Assembly (NCBI GenBank): GCA_963765895.1
Contig: CAVXZB010000031.1
Location: 1-16,647, forward strand
Length of the DNA: 16,647 bases
Source: an uncultured Nitrososphaeraceae archaeon
GTDB lineage: Archaea > Thermoproteota > Nitrososphaeria > Nitrososphaerales > Nitrososphaeraceae
Direction of reading: 5' to 3'
A model generated the notes under the pieces. That model ran no database searches. It was not told where the DNA came from and saw only the letters and a program-made list of their open reading frames with translations. Of the stretch, positions 1 to 9,506 are shown piece by piece. Positions within the stretch are counted from its first letter, which is position 1. Every line of letters begins with the position of its first letter. The translations under genes and the position numbers were made by a program.

Positions 1-285
1 TGGAATAGAATATGCACCTATCAAGTTTGAGATGACAAATGATGTGTCTCGTTGGTTTGTAAGAGCCCGGTAAGATTTTAGCAAAAGCCGAGGCGTTAAC
101 TGGACGTACAAGACACCTCCTGGTAGAAGAGAGCAAACAATTAACCCACCTGGGAGTGAAGTAGGGCAAGGGGGAGTCGCGACTTGGAGAAATCACTTGC
201 TGACGAGGCCGGATGCAAATGGGCTTCAAATGAAAGAAAAGGAAAGTCGAGCAAGGATATTCCATTTGATTGGAATGGTCCATAA
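1..285 (+). pseudogene. DUF1326-family protein, C-terminal part, multiply frameshifted (runs off the window start)
   Basis: Manual translation across frames gives GIEYAPIKFEM / PGKILAKAEALTG / TPPGRREQTINPPGSEVGQGGVATW / KSLADEA / RKGKSSKDIPFDWNGP* (TAA 283-285). This matches my recollection of the DUF1326 C-terminus, and it lies directly upstream of DUF2182, its usual partner. At least 4 frame changes. Confidence 0.75.
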
Positions 286-404
286 AGGCTGTTCAATATC
301 TAGGCCGGATTACATAACATCAGACCAAGATTAACTAATATGAAAACTGCGACCATCATCATTGAACTACAATATCAATATCTGCGGCCACATGGCTTGT
401 ATCG

Positions 405-1484
405 ATGTGGCAATACAATGCAATGATGTCATCGATGATGATGTTCCATACCGATTTGGCAGCATTATCATTATTTGTAGTAATATGGACTGCTGGTATG
501 ACTGCAATGATGTTCCCAGCCATAATACCAATGATTCTTATTTACAATCGGCTAACTGGTTCTAATAATACTAGTCATAATTCTGGTAATAGTAACCATA
601 ATAGCCAAATGATATATCACAAGAGCAATGATGATGATAATGAGAATGCCAATAATGAAATTCTGAATCCAATGAAAGAAGCAAGAGATAAGAGCACTAT
701 TCGCAGTTTAAGACACACAATTCAGACAAGGTCATATAATATTATGGCCTTTGTATCATCATATCTTGCGATTTGGGCATTAACTGGAATTATTCTACTG
801 GTTGGATGGTCTTTCTTATTTGATACGCTGCTTTTGCAATTAGGGATAAATGATAGTCTTCAGATGAGACAACAACAACAACAACAACAACTATCAATCA
901 ATACTATATACGCGATTGTACTTGTTATATCAGGAGTATATCAGTTTAGTCCATTGAAAACCAGATGCCTGGGCTACTGTGAATCTCCGCTTAGTTTCTT
1001 TATGAGAAGATGGAGAAAGGGTATGGTAGGGGCTGTGAAAATGGGTGCATATCATGGTCTTTATTGTCTTGGCTGTTGTTGGCCATATTTCCTACTTATG
1101 GTAGCATTAGGATGGATGAATTTGCTCTGGATGGGACTATTTGCTGCGATCATATTTGCTGAGAAGATATGGTCCAAAGGTGGGCTTTGGATTGCCAGAA
1201 TTACTGGTGTATGTTTCATAACAATCGGCATATTATCCTGGGCTGGGATAATATCGTTACCATTTAATGCTACGAATAATGTTAGTGGCAATAGAATGTC
1301 AATGGATATGCCCTCATCACAAACACACGATATATCGACATCTCACAATTTGATAACTAAAAATGGTACAAATAGTGAGCAAGGTATTGATAAGAGTTAT
1401 AATGCCAATAGTAAGAATAATACAATGAACGGTATGGTAATGAAAATGATAATGGTTGTCATTACCATATATCGTGCCTTTTAG
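405..1484 (+). CDS. DUF2182 predicted metal-binding integral membrane protein
   Basis: Motifs WTAGMTAMMFP, YQFSPLKTRCLGYCESP, GLYCLGCCWPYFLLMVALGWMNLLWM and IFAEK, with several TM helices. The frame stays open and hydrophobic back to 366 (TTISISAATWLVS), so the original start may be ATG 340 via a frameshift. Confidence 0.88.
   Translation: MWQYNAMMSSMMMFHTDLAALSLFVVIWTAGMTAMMFPAIIPMILIYNRLTGSNNTSHNSGNSNHNSQMIYHKSNDDDNENANNEILNPMKEARDKSTIRSLRHTIQTRSYNIMAFVSSYLAIWALTGIILLVGWSFLFDTLLLQLGINDSLQMRQQQQQQQLSINTIYAIVLVISGVYQFSPLKTRCLGYCESPLSFFMRRWRKGMVGAVKMGAYHGLYCLGCCWPYFLLMVALGWMNLLWMGLFAAIIFAEKIWSKGGLWIARITGVCFITIGILSWAGIISLPFNATNNVSGNRMSMDMPSSQTHDISTSHNLITKNGTNSEQGIDKSYNANSKNNTMNGMVMKMIMVVITIYRAF
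870..890 (+). repeat. (CAA)7 microsatellite encoding poly-Gln in a DUF2182 loop
   Basis: Seven perfect CAA units read directly. Confidence 0.95.
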
Positions 1485-1703
1485 GAGTCAATTTGGTGAT
1501 CAGAATGTGCTTTACAAATTTACCGTTCTGACTTTGTGCTATAGCCCTGATGAGCCAAGATTTATGCCTTGTTTAACATCACTCCGGTATCCCTCTAGTT
1601 ATGATCCGTTAGGTAAAATTTCACGATGTCAGCCAGAAATATAAAATACTAAATAGTGGGATAGTCATCATAATTATAGAAGGTTACAGAAGAGGTCAGA
1701 AAA

Positions 1704-1915
1704 TTGTCTGAAGGAGATCAGACTAACAGAATAAAGGAAACTGCAATCCATTCAGTCAGTTCGATCGAACAGGTTGAAGCAATTAATGCGCTTGCACAAT
1801 ATGGAAATAAAGCAATGTCAATATAACAGAAGTGATAGACTCAGGCGAACACGAGAAGGTTAAGATACTTGGATACAAAGCTATTCAAAAGATTAAGACG
1901 CATCATTTAGGTTGA
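1704..1915 (+). pseudogene. small helical (HEAT-like) hypothetical protein, one frameshift
   Basis: TTG 1704: MSEGDQTNRIKETAIHSVSSIEQVEAINALAQYGNKAM, then in a shifted frame ITEVIDSGEHEKVKILGYKAIQKIKTHHLG* (TGA 1913-1915). Shows a HEAT-like 'AINAL..YG..A' pattern. Confidence 0.5.
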
Positions 1916-2260
1916 AATGAATTAATTGATATATTCCAGTTTTGTAGTTTAAACAGCTACAGTGATGACCTCCTCCATACATATAGAGATTGGCTGTTTC
2001 ACCTAATAACGATAGAGGTTTGAGTATATTTTAAATGACTAGCAACCAACCAATGATAAGGTGCTAGCTGCACCCCATGGAATGATTTTAGAAGACGAAT
2101 ATGGACGAATGAACACTATAAGCGTTGGAATGCTTGATTACCTAGATTGTCAAATTAAGAAAGTGAAAATAATCTAACATCATGCAATTTTACTGCAGCG
2201 TCCTTCAATGCCTGCAAGTATAGGATCATTAATAAGTGTCATTCCTTTCCTAAAGTCACA

Positions 2261-2719
2261 TTGGGGCGCAGTGTTGAATACAAAACCGAGGTAATAAACG
2301 AAAGGTCACCAAAAGTATATTGTAATTGGCAGGAAGTAGAGACACTCGTAGAGAACCTAGCTAGTAAAATAAAAAGATCATCTAAAAAATATGATGTTAT
2401 CCTAGCGATTACGAATGGCGGGATTATTCCAGCTAGATTGATTGCACGAGAGCTGAATATTAATGATATAAGGTTTATATTAATTAGAAACAAACAATTA
2501 TTTATGAAAGAAGTATATCCATTAAGTAAAGATAAAAAATATCTTGTGGTTGATGAGATATACGATACTGGTAATACATTTTTCAAAGTATCTGATGCAT
2601 TGATCGAGTTTAGTTGCGACTTTGTCTTTCTTATAAGTAGATACAAAAATAGCAATGCTAAGACGGTCGCGAAAGTTTTGAATCACGATAAATGGGTTGT
2701 ATTTCCATGGGAAAATTAA
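2261..2719 (+). CDS. type I phosphoribosyltransferase (xanthine/hypoxanthine-guanine PRT-like)
   Basis: ILAITNGGIIPARLIA, PRPP-binding loop LVVDEIYDTGNT and C-terminal WVVFPWE. Confidence 0.9.
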   Translation: MGRSVEYKTEVINERSPKVYCNWQEVETLVENLASKIKRSSKKYDVILAITNGGIIPARLIARELNINDIRFILIRNKQLFMKEVYPLSKDKKYLVVDEIYDTGNTFFKVSDALIEFSCDFVFLISRYKNSNAKTVAKVLNHDKWVVFPWEN

Positions 2720-2865
2720 AAATATAATCCTTGATCTATTTTGAGGAAATCTAAATGAGATGGTTTATATGCACATAAGATTTTTCAGCTATTACACGGT
2801 GGGATATTGGAATATTTATAACATTGAATTCTGAATTTGATAAAGCTGTAATTACTCAATGAAGT

Positions 2866-3018
2866 GCTGTTAATGATCGTGTTTGTTTATTCGATTTGGC
2901 AAAGGCCATGCACGAAGGTATCAAGGGATCTCAACTTGTACGGGTTAATAATGCGGGACATGGATTTTAGGATGAGGTAAGAGAAAAGGTGAATTTGGGG
3001 CTCGCTAGATTTATAGAC
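2866..3018 (+). pseudogene. alpha/beta hydrolase (non-heme haloperoxidase-like) C-terminal remnant
   Basis: Frame 1 reads AVNDRVCLFDLAKAMHEGIKGSQLVRVNNAGHGF*DEVREKVNLGLARFID. It retains the catalytic Asp and the AGH His motif, has an in-frame TAG at 2968-2970, and lacks the N-terminal part. Confidence 0.65.
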
Positions 3019-3182
3019 TGGGCCAGCATGCAATCAAATCTAGCTAACGATATTCTTTATCAAATATGTGAATAAGAATTATAATAAAGATAACTAATAT
3101 AATAATACGGACTGTGATTGAGTGAGTAGGTTGACCATAACATCTATGTATATTATTCAGTATAATATTATGAGCATTTATC

Positions 3183-3431
3183 ATGTCAACTTCATATGTC
3201 TTAATTGGTTGTGAATTAGGGTGCGAGTTAGCTATTATGGACGAGATCAGAACAATACGTGGTGTGGAAGATGTTTGCGGAGTATATGGTTGCTCGTACA
3301 ATATTATTGTCAAAGTAACAGATAATTCTCAGTATCTGCTTGAAACTATAATCAGAAATATAAGAAGGATTACGAAAGTGAAATCTACACAAACAATGAT
3401 AGTAATTGAAGGAAAAAGGATTATTCATTAG
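3183..3431 (+). CDS. stand-alone Lrp/AsnC ligand-binding (RAM) domain protein
   Basis: SYVLIGCELG...IRGVEDVCGVYG.YNIIVKV...IRRITKVKSTQTMIV; 82 aa with no HTH. Confidence 0.85.
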   Translation: MSTSYVLIGCELGCELAIMDEIRTIRGVEDVCGVYGCSYNIIVKVTDNSQYLLETIIRNIRRITKVKSTQTMIVIEGKRIIH

Positions 3432-4212
3432 TTAGTTGTTTGAGAATACCAACTTACATGGCAGAGTATTGACTTGGCCAAGATGGCAAGATATACAGGC
3501 GTTACCAATTAAGTATCAGAATATGTTTAAAACCATGCAGTTATAGTCTTTCAATAAATACTTGCACTACAACATTGGCTCCTCTGTGTGTGGTTACTCA
3601 ACCTGGCAAGGACCATTTTATCCCTCAATCTAGATAATTCCATATGGCTAAGGTATTATTGTCAAGTGTTCGTCTCAAATAAAATCAGATTCAGTCATCC
3701 GATATTACCCTATAACCGACATATCAAAAAGATAGGATTTGCTAGACAATACGCAAAGGTGTTATACACAGCATTGGAGAAATCACAAAACACGGAGCTT
3801 GAATACAATCGAACCGGTTCAGGTGTAGATAATACTGCATATATATTCAGGGAGATCAGGAAGTAACGGAGTATGGGTATATGTCAGAATCTACGGCACT
3901 CCTTTATTTTTTAGTTATAATAGTGGATATAATAATTGCAGGATGGCTATTACTATAATAGGAAACCAGAAAGTGACTGACGTAAAACAGTAATGACATC
4001 AATCTATGCAATAATCATAAGAAAATATGAAAGGATTCCTCCTTTCACCGACGGAAAAATAATAGAGACAAGGCTACTTTAAAGAGGTTATCAAAATGTT
4101 TGAAGATCGGCAATCTGTTTTGGTATCACAAAATACAACATCTTATTGCATTGCTCATATCATCAGAAAAATAAATATTTTATCTGCTTTATCATTCTAG
4201 ATTTTATTTCCT

Positions 4213-5028
4213 CTACTGCTTTCCAACTAGTATTGGCTTTGCCAGCTGATATTCTTTATCGCTTAAGAGGTTCGAATGGCAATTAGATGTATGTCCAAGA
4301 TTATGGAAATATCCTTGTGATTCTACACTTGACAAAGGTACCAATCCATCATTAGGTTTTGGAAGCTGAGAATATCCAATTCCTCCCAAAAGCTGTGGGC
4401 AATTCAGCAACAGGGAAGGATTCCAGTCACCAGCAATAGTATAGTATTTTGTATTTGGATTCATCCTGACTTTGGTATCTGCTGCTCCAGGTTTCAAGTC
4501 TTCGACAGCTGGTTTACAAATATTGCTTGATTGTGCAATAGGTGAACCTCTGTTAGGAGTTCCAATCATTATTAGATTTGCAACAGCTTTATTAGCAGAA
4601 TAACTGTTATTTGCCAAAAATACTCTTGCATCTAGCCCTCCCTTGCTATGACCAACAATATTTACTTGTTTAGGAGAAGATTCAGTGGTCGTCATATTCT
4701 TGAGAATTTGTTGGACCTGTAAATTTAGCTCCTTCGCATGATCTGCAGCTGAGCCACATTTATCATCTGATTTATAAAATGTAATTGGATAAAATGTAAT
4801 ACCATCTTTTTTTAGTAAATCTTCCCATTTTGACCATGTTGATTTATCTGAAGCATAGCCATGTATCAAAAGCACTGGAAGCAGTTTCTTTGTAGCAGAA
4901 CCATTCACAGCAGCATTAGTTATTTGAGATTGACCATTTGCTATAAATACAAACGATCCAATAGCAATTAATATGATCATTATAGGTATAGTAACCATTG
5001 CAATTATTTCCTTATTCATATCTGTCAA
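4213..5028 (-). CDS. membrane-anchored or secreted lipase/esterase-type alpha/beta hydrolase
   Basis: N-terminal hydrophobic helix, oxyanion motif PVLLIHGY, nucleophile elbow IVGHSKGG, IGTPNRGS, NDGLV (Asp) and CHSNL (His). Confidence 0.9.
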   Translation of the reverse strand: MTDMNKEIIAMVTIPIMIILIAIGSFVFIANGQSQITNAAVNGSATKKLLPVLLIHGYASDKSTWSKWEDLLKKDGITFYPITFYKSDDKCGSAADHAKELNLQVQQILKNMTTTESSPKQVNIVGHSKGGLDARVFLANNSYSANKAVANLIMIGTPNRGSPIAQSSNICKPAVEDLKPGAADTKVRMNPNTKYYTIAGDWNPSLLLNCPQLLGGIGYSQLPKPNDGLVPLSSVESQGYFHNLGHTSNCHSNLLSDKEYQLAKPILVGKQ

Positions 5029-5178
5029 CTCATATAGGCTACAATAACTTATATTGATTTCATATACAAAACCTAAAATTCAATATTTTGAACGGATTCG
5101 ACAGTTCTTCAAGTAAGTGTCCTATCTTCTGCCCCGATCCTTATGGTAAGTTATGGTTTAGATATTTTTTCCTATATC

Positions 5179-5782
5179 CTAGAAAAACCTAAATTTATTA
5201 CCACCTTTTGCTTGTGGATATGGCGGAGGACAATTCATTTCTTCAAAATTATAATAATAACCATGGCCATGTATAGATTCACGTGTTCGGACTCTCTTTC
5301 CATTTTCTTTGGCTAATTCCTCCCAAGCATTGAAACCTTCTTCAAAGTTGTACAAGTTAATAGGAGTATTATTGTTATTGTATGTCGAAGAAGGCAGATA
5401 AGAGGAAAAAGAATTCGTACTATCAGTCTTCAAGTGCTCACGCCACAGCTTTACTCTAAGGCGCGGCGAAAGAGTTGCAGAAACAATACCCAAATCAAAT
5501 TCTGTCGAGGCTTCGAATCCATCTCTGTCTGTATTTGCAGATCCAACTGTAATCCATTTGTCGTCAACTATCATGAGCTTTGAATGAATATAGATCTGTC
5601 TTCTTCTCTCTTTGAATATATTATGCTGGGATATCAAGGAATATGTCCTAACCCTTTTTTCTGTTTTTTGCTTCATTTATCTTTTGATATATTAATCTAA
5701 AATTTTCCTCTCCATCAACCATAAATGTTATACAATTATCAAATGTAGTTTCGCCAAATCTGCTACGCGGTCTCAAATACAC
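5179..5782 (-). pseudogene. phospholipase D family gene with a large internal deletion (one HKD motif left)
   Basis: ORF 5179-5676 carries IYIHSKLMIVDDKWITVGSAN and RLRVKLWREHL. Upstream in another frame, GTG 5782 gives MYLRPRSRFGETTFDNCITFMVDGEENFRLI, a PLD-type N-terminus. The first HKD domain is absent. Confidence 0.75.
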
Positions 5783-5969
5783 ATTCTTAAAAATTCACAG
5801 GAATTTATAAATCACTATTTAACGTACGCTGTTAAGTTGGAAAGACTAGATTCTTTTCTAATTTTATAATGACATACCAAGAAAAATTACAATTGAATTT
5901 AAGATATAGTCGACAGTTATCGGATACAAATAGTGTAATCCCGCCGACAATTAGCTTGGCTTGTAAGAC

Positions 5970-5992
5970 TATAAACTATATACTAGTTTATA
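5970..5992. repeat. perfect inverted repeat TATAAACTA-N5-TAGTTTATA upstream of the integrase
   Basis: 9-bp arms read directly at 5970-5978 and 5984-5992; function unknown. Confidence 0.7.
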
Positions 5993-6063
5993 TAATAGAT
6001 TAACCTGGAATAAATCCTTTATATTAACGGGAGTAAATACAAGTACGACTGAAAAAGCAACAA

Positions 6064-7459
6064 TTGAGGATAACGAATGATCACAATATATGGTTCATGC
6101 TATCCTCATATGGTAAGAATATATCCAAGAAATTCGCAAGGAATGAAAAAAGAGTTCTCTTAAATTATGATAAATATCTGATAGATAAATCTTACCAACT
6201 ATTTAGAGGTGCTCTTCATTCAGACAAAACACTTCAATTATACAAGCAACAATTATGGCATTTTTGTAATTTCATCAAAATGATAACTAAGAATATTACT
6301 TCGAGGTATGTTGAAGGTAACATCAATAGAGTGATACAATTACAACACATTCTGCAAGATTATGCTTTATTTATACAAGCCAAGATAACTAGTGAACAGA
6401 TCACTACCGCATCGGCTCATAGTATGATTCCTCCTGTAAGATTGTTTTGCGAAATGAACGACATTATACTTAATTGGAGAAAAATAAACAAACTCTTGCC
6501 ACATGATAATGGTAACGCAACAGATGAAGCATATACAAGAGAACAGATAAAGAAGATGCTAGAGCATTCAGACTTGAGAGCCAGGATTCCTATACTTTAT
6601 GGCATCAAGTGGAATGAGATTGCACAGTTTTGTTGGCCTTAGGGATGGAGATATACGACCTATCTATGATGAAACGACAGGAAAGAAACTAGTTGCGACT
6701 CATGTAGTTGTTTACAAGAGGAACAGACGATGAATATGATACTTTCATCTCACCTGAGGCTTTCTCCATATACCAAGAATATCGAAACCTTCGCATAAAG
6801 TTTGGTGATGTACTAAATAAGAGTCCAATACTTTTTGAGAAGATTTGATATAAGTCCTGATGGTAAGACGGCAACATTAGATATACAAAGCCAATAGCAC
6901 TATCGACGGTGGCTGGCGTAATAAGAACTGTAACTCACAAAGCTGGTATTAGGGGAGTCTCGGAAAAGTATAAAAGACAGATACAATATCAAAATTGCTC
7001 ATAGATTCAGAAAATTTTTCAATACTGCATTAAGCAATATTAGAACCAAGGAGGGAAGACTTGCTATCGACTTTATCAGAAAGGAAATGATGATGGGTCA
7101 TGCTTTAATGAATATACATACACTGGAAGAAAATTACAATAGGGCTTATAGGTCGAAGATGTTGCTTGAAGACTATCTAAAGGTAGTGTCAGACTTGACT
7201 ATATCAGATGAAGAACTCATGAAAGTAGAGGTAAAGAAATTGCAAACTGACATATAATATGAAATCAATAGAGATAGAACTATCAGAAAAAGATAGAGGG
7301 ATTCAGTCTGTGAAGCAGAAATATGATGAAATGAATGTTACACTTCAGAATATTTTAAGTGTTATTGGAAATGGAGATCAGTCTCCCAAGAACAGAATAT
7401 CGAAGCAGTTAATTATGAAAGGGAATACGAACCAGATCTTAGGGATTAGATATATTTAG
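6064..7459 (+). pseudogene. tyrosine recombinase/integrase, frameshifted
   Basis: Reassembled: SAM-like N-domain...AYTREQIKKMLE..RARIPIL / MASSGMR...VVYK / GTDDEYDTFISPEA / RRFD / KAGIR / RYNIKIAHRFRKFF...EMMMGH...EENY...DYLK...LTISDEE / coiled-coil tail (7259-7459). Frame changes near 6597, 6718, 6835, 6892, 6975 and 7255. Catalytic R, K, HxxR, H and Y are present. Confidence 0.88.
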
Positions 7460-7587
7460 AAATTAATTTACCATAAATTATGCCGCCTTGTTTGTTCAAT
7501 ATATCGACCATACACAAATTTGCATCATGGTATCACGTTATAGAACGTATTACGTTAGAAAAAGTCCTGACGTCATATACGTTTTAG

Positions 7588-7764
7588 TCAGAGTCTAATA
7601 CCATCTGCATACCAATTCCCGTGAGGCTCTTCGTGAAACACTATTATTACATCCTTTTTGTCTACATTGAATATCTTTATAATGTCGCCCGTAATTGCTT
7701 CTGCCAGCCTATCTTTCTCTCGTTGTGTTCTACCACTATAAGTGGAAATTGTTATTATTGGCAT
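7588..7764 (-). CDS. 4-oxalocrotonate tautomerase family protein (58 aa, below the ORF-track cutoff)
   Basis: MPIITISTYSGRTQREKDRLAEAITGDIIKIFNVDKKDVIIVFHEEPHGNWYADGIRL*: catalytic Pro1 after Met removal, GRT..K motif and NW..G tail. Confidence 0.88.
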   Translation of the reverse strand: MPIITISTYSGRTQREKDRLAEAITGDIIKIFNVDKKDVIIVFHEEPHGNWYADGIRL

Positions 7765-7827
7765 AGAATAATAGACTAAATCTTGAATGTAAGCATTTTG
7801 CTCTGATTACACAATAAGTTAATAGAA

Positions 7828-7941
7828 ATGGATGACATTACATGTCCAGATTTTGAAAAGGCCAGAGAAGAAGAGCACAAGAAGATTAATCTAGCAATAG
7901 TAGCAGCAAATAATCACTATGCTGGATTTGGTCCTGGAACT
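7828..7941 (+). pseudogene. DUF72-family C-terminal fragment
   Basis: KKINLAIVAANNHYAGFGPGT contains the NNH..G motif of the DUF72 C-terminus. Similarity stops at the stop codon of the opposing SDR. Confidence 0.6.
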
Positions 7942-8693
7942 AGACTTGTGCCATACCTCCATCTGCGAATAATTCGATACCAGTAATAAAACTGCTGTCA
8001 TCTGATGCTAGGAACAGCACAGCTTTTGCTACTTTCATCAGGTCTTCCAATCCTGCCAAGCGGCACCTTGGCCACGAGGTTAATCTTTATCTGTTCGACC
8101 TCCTCCTTAGTCTGCGCCAAGCCATCAAAGGCCGGCGTGTCGATCGGACCAAGACTATACCATTGAATCTGATCTTACGATGTTTTCAGCTCCGCTACCC
8201 AAGTGCGAGCAAATGATCGTATGGCGGACTTTGGTTGCACTGTAAACTGATGTTGCCTCGATTCCTTTAGATCCTCCAATCGAAGCATTTAGAATGATCG
8301 AACCACCGTCCTGAAACAGAGGACTGGCATTTTGAACTGTAAACAGAAGTCCTTTAATATTAATACCAAATATTTTATCAAACTGCGCCGCAGTAATTGT
8401 TCCTAGTAGAGATAATAACCAATACCGGCATTAGCAAACAGAATATCGATACTACCTTTCTTCTCCTTCACAGTGACATACAACCGATCAAGATCTGCCA
8501 TTTTGGAGACGTCACCCTGTATACCACTGACATTTTTGCCGATTTGCTTAATGGCTGTTTCAAGTTCACTTTGGCGTCGACCTGTGATGAAAACATACGC
8601 ACCCTCTGATACGAACTGTTGTGCCATTGCAAGACCTATGCCACTGTTTCCACCAGTAATTAGTGCGACTTTACCTTCAAGCTTTTTCATCAT
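7940..8693 (-). pseudogene. short-chain dehydrogenase/reductase, 4 frameshifts
   Basis: [15 protein letters not shown] / LLFTVQ..GGSIILNAS..VYSATK / AIRSFARTW / KIRFN / LGPIDTP...[41 protein letters not shown] (stop 7940-7942). Confidence 0.9.
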
Positions 8694-9051
8694 TTATTAC
8701 TTTAATGCTTGGGTCTTTAAGTTTGTAGTTTTTGCTAACTCTTCTGTTGATCCAACCTTAATGCCTATAACCAAATCTGTAATGCATTCATATGCGGCAT
8801 CCTACACTTGGAATACCATATTGGTCTTACGAAGATGCAGAACTAATACTTCACTGAAGAAAGGATTTAACTTCCCTAAGTTATTGCAAGTTGATCTTCA
8901 GATATATTTTTGTAATGTAATGTAATGAATTGGACGTATACAGAAAATCACAGAGAATTATGAAACCAAAAATAATAGAGGTAAACCCCTGCCAGTATCG
9001 TTTCTAGCTACAGCTAAGGCAATTTCTACTGCAAAAGCCATTCTTGCCAAC

Positions 9052-9441
9052 TCAAATAGATGATCCAAGCTTCGCCTTCACAATAGGCAATATTTTATTT
9101 AGTATGATGTTATCATGATCCGAACGAATGTCAAAGGATGCCATTAGGACTGGATAATCATTATTTCCAATGTATATAGTGGCACGTTTAAGGTTTTCAT
9201 ATAGTGTGAATGAATAAATCACCTTACCGAGCTTCGACTCCATTTCCTTCCTACTATTCATTCTCATTACAGTATCAATGGAGTATATCTCTGACTCTGT
9301 CTGATTCAAGTAAGGAACAAGACCGTCTCGATACTTAACAACTACTTGCTTACCATATTTGTCTGCGATACCTACAAATCTTATGGAGTCATCGGATTGG
9401 ACAATCTGGTTGCAGAGATCCTCTAGTTCGGTGCCGGTCAT
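9052..9441 (-). CDS. thaumarchaeal roadblock/longin-like hypothetical protein (DUF6659-like)
   Basis: LCNQIVQSDDSIRFVGIADKYGK...RDGLVPYL...LGKVIYSFTLYENLKRATI...LMASFD pattern, recognised from memory as a family expanded in Nitrososphaerota. Confidence 0.72.
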   Translation of the reverse strand: MTGTELEDLCNQIVQSDDSIRFVGIADKYGKQVVVKYRDGLVPYLNQTESEIYSIDTVMRMNSRKEMESKLGKVIYSFTLYENLKRATIYIGNNDYPVLMASFDIRSDHDNIILNKILPIVKAKLGSSI

Positions 9442-9464
9442 TCAACTACCATTTGTGTGGCGCA

Positions 9465-9483
9465 TTTAATAAATGAATATAAA
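9465..9483. promoter_or_regulatory. back-to-back archaeal TATA boxes for the divergent, probably leaderless genes
   Basis: TTTATTAAA on the - strand (9465-9473) ends ~24 nt upstream of ATG 9441. AATATAAA on the + strand (9476-9483) ends ~24 nt upstream of TTG 9507. Confidence 0.5.
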
Positions 9484-9506
9484 CTAATTCCTCGGAATAA
9501 GTCATA

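Noticed and set aside
1547-1554. CTGATGAG, a hammerhead-core-like motif followed by a CAAG/CTTG hairpin
   Set aside because: No GAAA after the putative stem II, and no stem I/III pairing found.
1943-1977. Hairpin TGTAGTT/AGCTACA followed by GTGATGA (C-box or fluoride-riboswitch-like)
   Set aside because: No CTGA D box at a suitable distance, and no riboswitch 5' pseudoknot segment.
3588-3866. 92-aa ORF, with a faint resemblance (ARQYAKVL) to N-terminal segments of archaeal integrase-like proteins
   Set aside because: No catalytic motif and the similarity is too short to support; left uncalled.
6064-8693. Programmed frameshifting or RNA editing as an explanation for the broken integrase and SDR
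   Set aside because: Too many shifts in both directions, with no shared slippery motif; decay or sequencing error is simpler.
8697-9050. Minus-strand fragments such as DTGRGLPLLFL (hydrolase N-terminus-like)
   Set aside because: Too short, interrupted by stops, and no confirming downstream motif.
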